Shown in pieces: positions 63,906 to 64,000 of a stretch of 64,000 bases of DNA. The notes under the pieces are model-generated. The model worked only from the letters and a program-made list of their open reading frames with translations. It was not told the DNA's origin and did no database searches. This DNA is from Euprymna scolopes (Eukaryota), in NCBI GenBank assembly GCA_053919585.1, contig CM132794.1, one strand, 5' to 3'. The translations under genes were made by a program, and so were the position numbers. Numbering within the stretch: the stretch's first letter is position 1; the number at the start of each line of letters is the position of its first letter.

Positions 63906-64000
63906 CTTGGTATTTGGCTTCGAATTGGGATATTTGTTGCAGAAATGTGCAAAAAAGAAAACGTATAAGTTATTATATTGACTGAATGTTCTATGTCTTG

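Overview
AT-rich animal (probably invertebrate) genomic DNA with many N gaps and (TA)n, (GA)n, (CA)n and (ATT)n microsatellites. I found no host protein-coding gene or intact RNA gene. The ORFs I could assign are decayed transposable elements; most of the rest are microsatellite- or gap-derived artefacts. Elements present: Gypsy LTR remnants (gag at ~30-730, gag-pol at ~49.9-53.5 kb), a gag+protease-only LTR element with a duplicated tRNA-His-type PBS (30.07-36.34 kb), a Copia gag remnant ending in a fold-back, three copies of a CR1/Zenon-like LINE, an RTE LINE with an internal inversion, Tc1, maT/mariner and Chapaev3-like transposase relics, non-autonomous Helitrons, a MITE with a 9-bp TSD, and a ~2.75-kb tandem duplication. 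The most striking system is a set of Penelope-like elements (PLEs) and non-coding derivatives. They form large inverted (tail-out) structures, end at the same TATATTTAAAT motif (often at a (TA)n tract), and carry minimal hammerhead-ribozyme cores in about three sequence families. All family assignments come from motif recall and manual translation, not database searches, and boundaries and identities are estimates.
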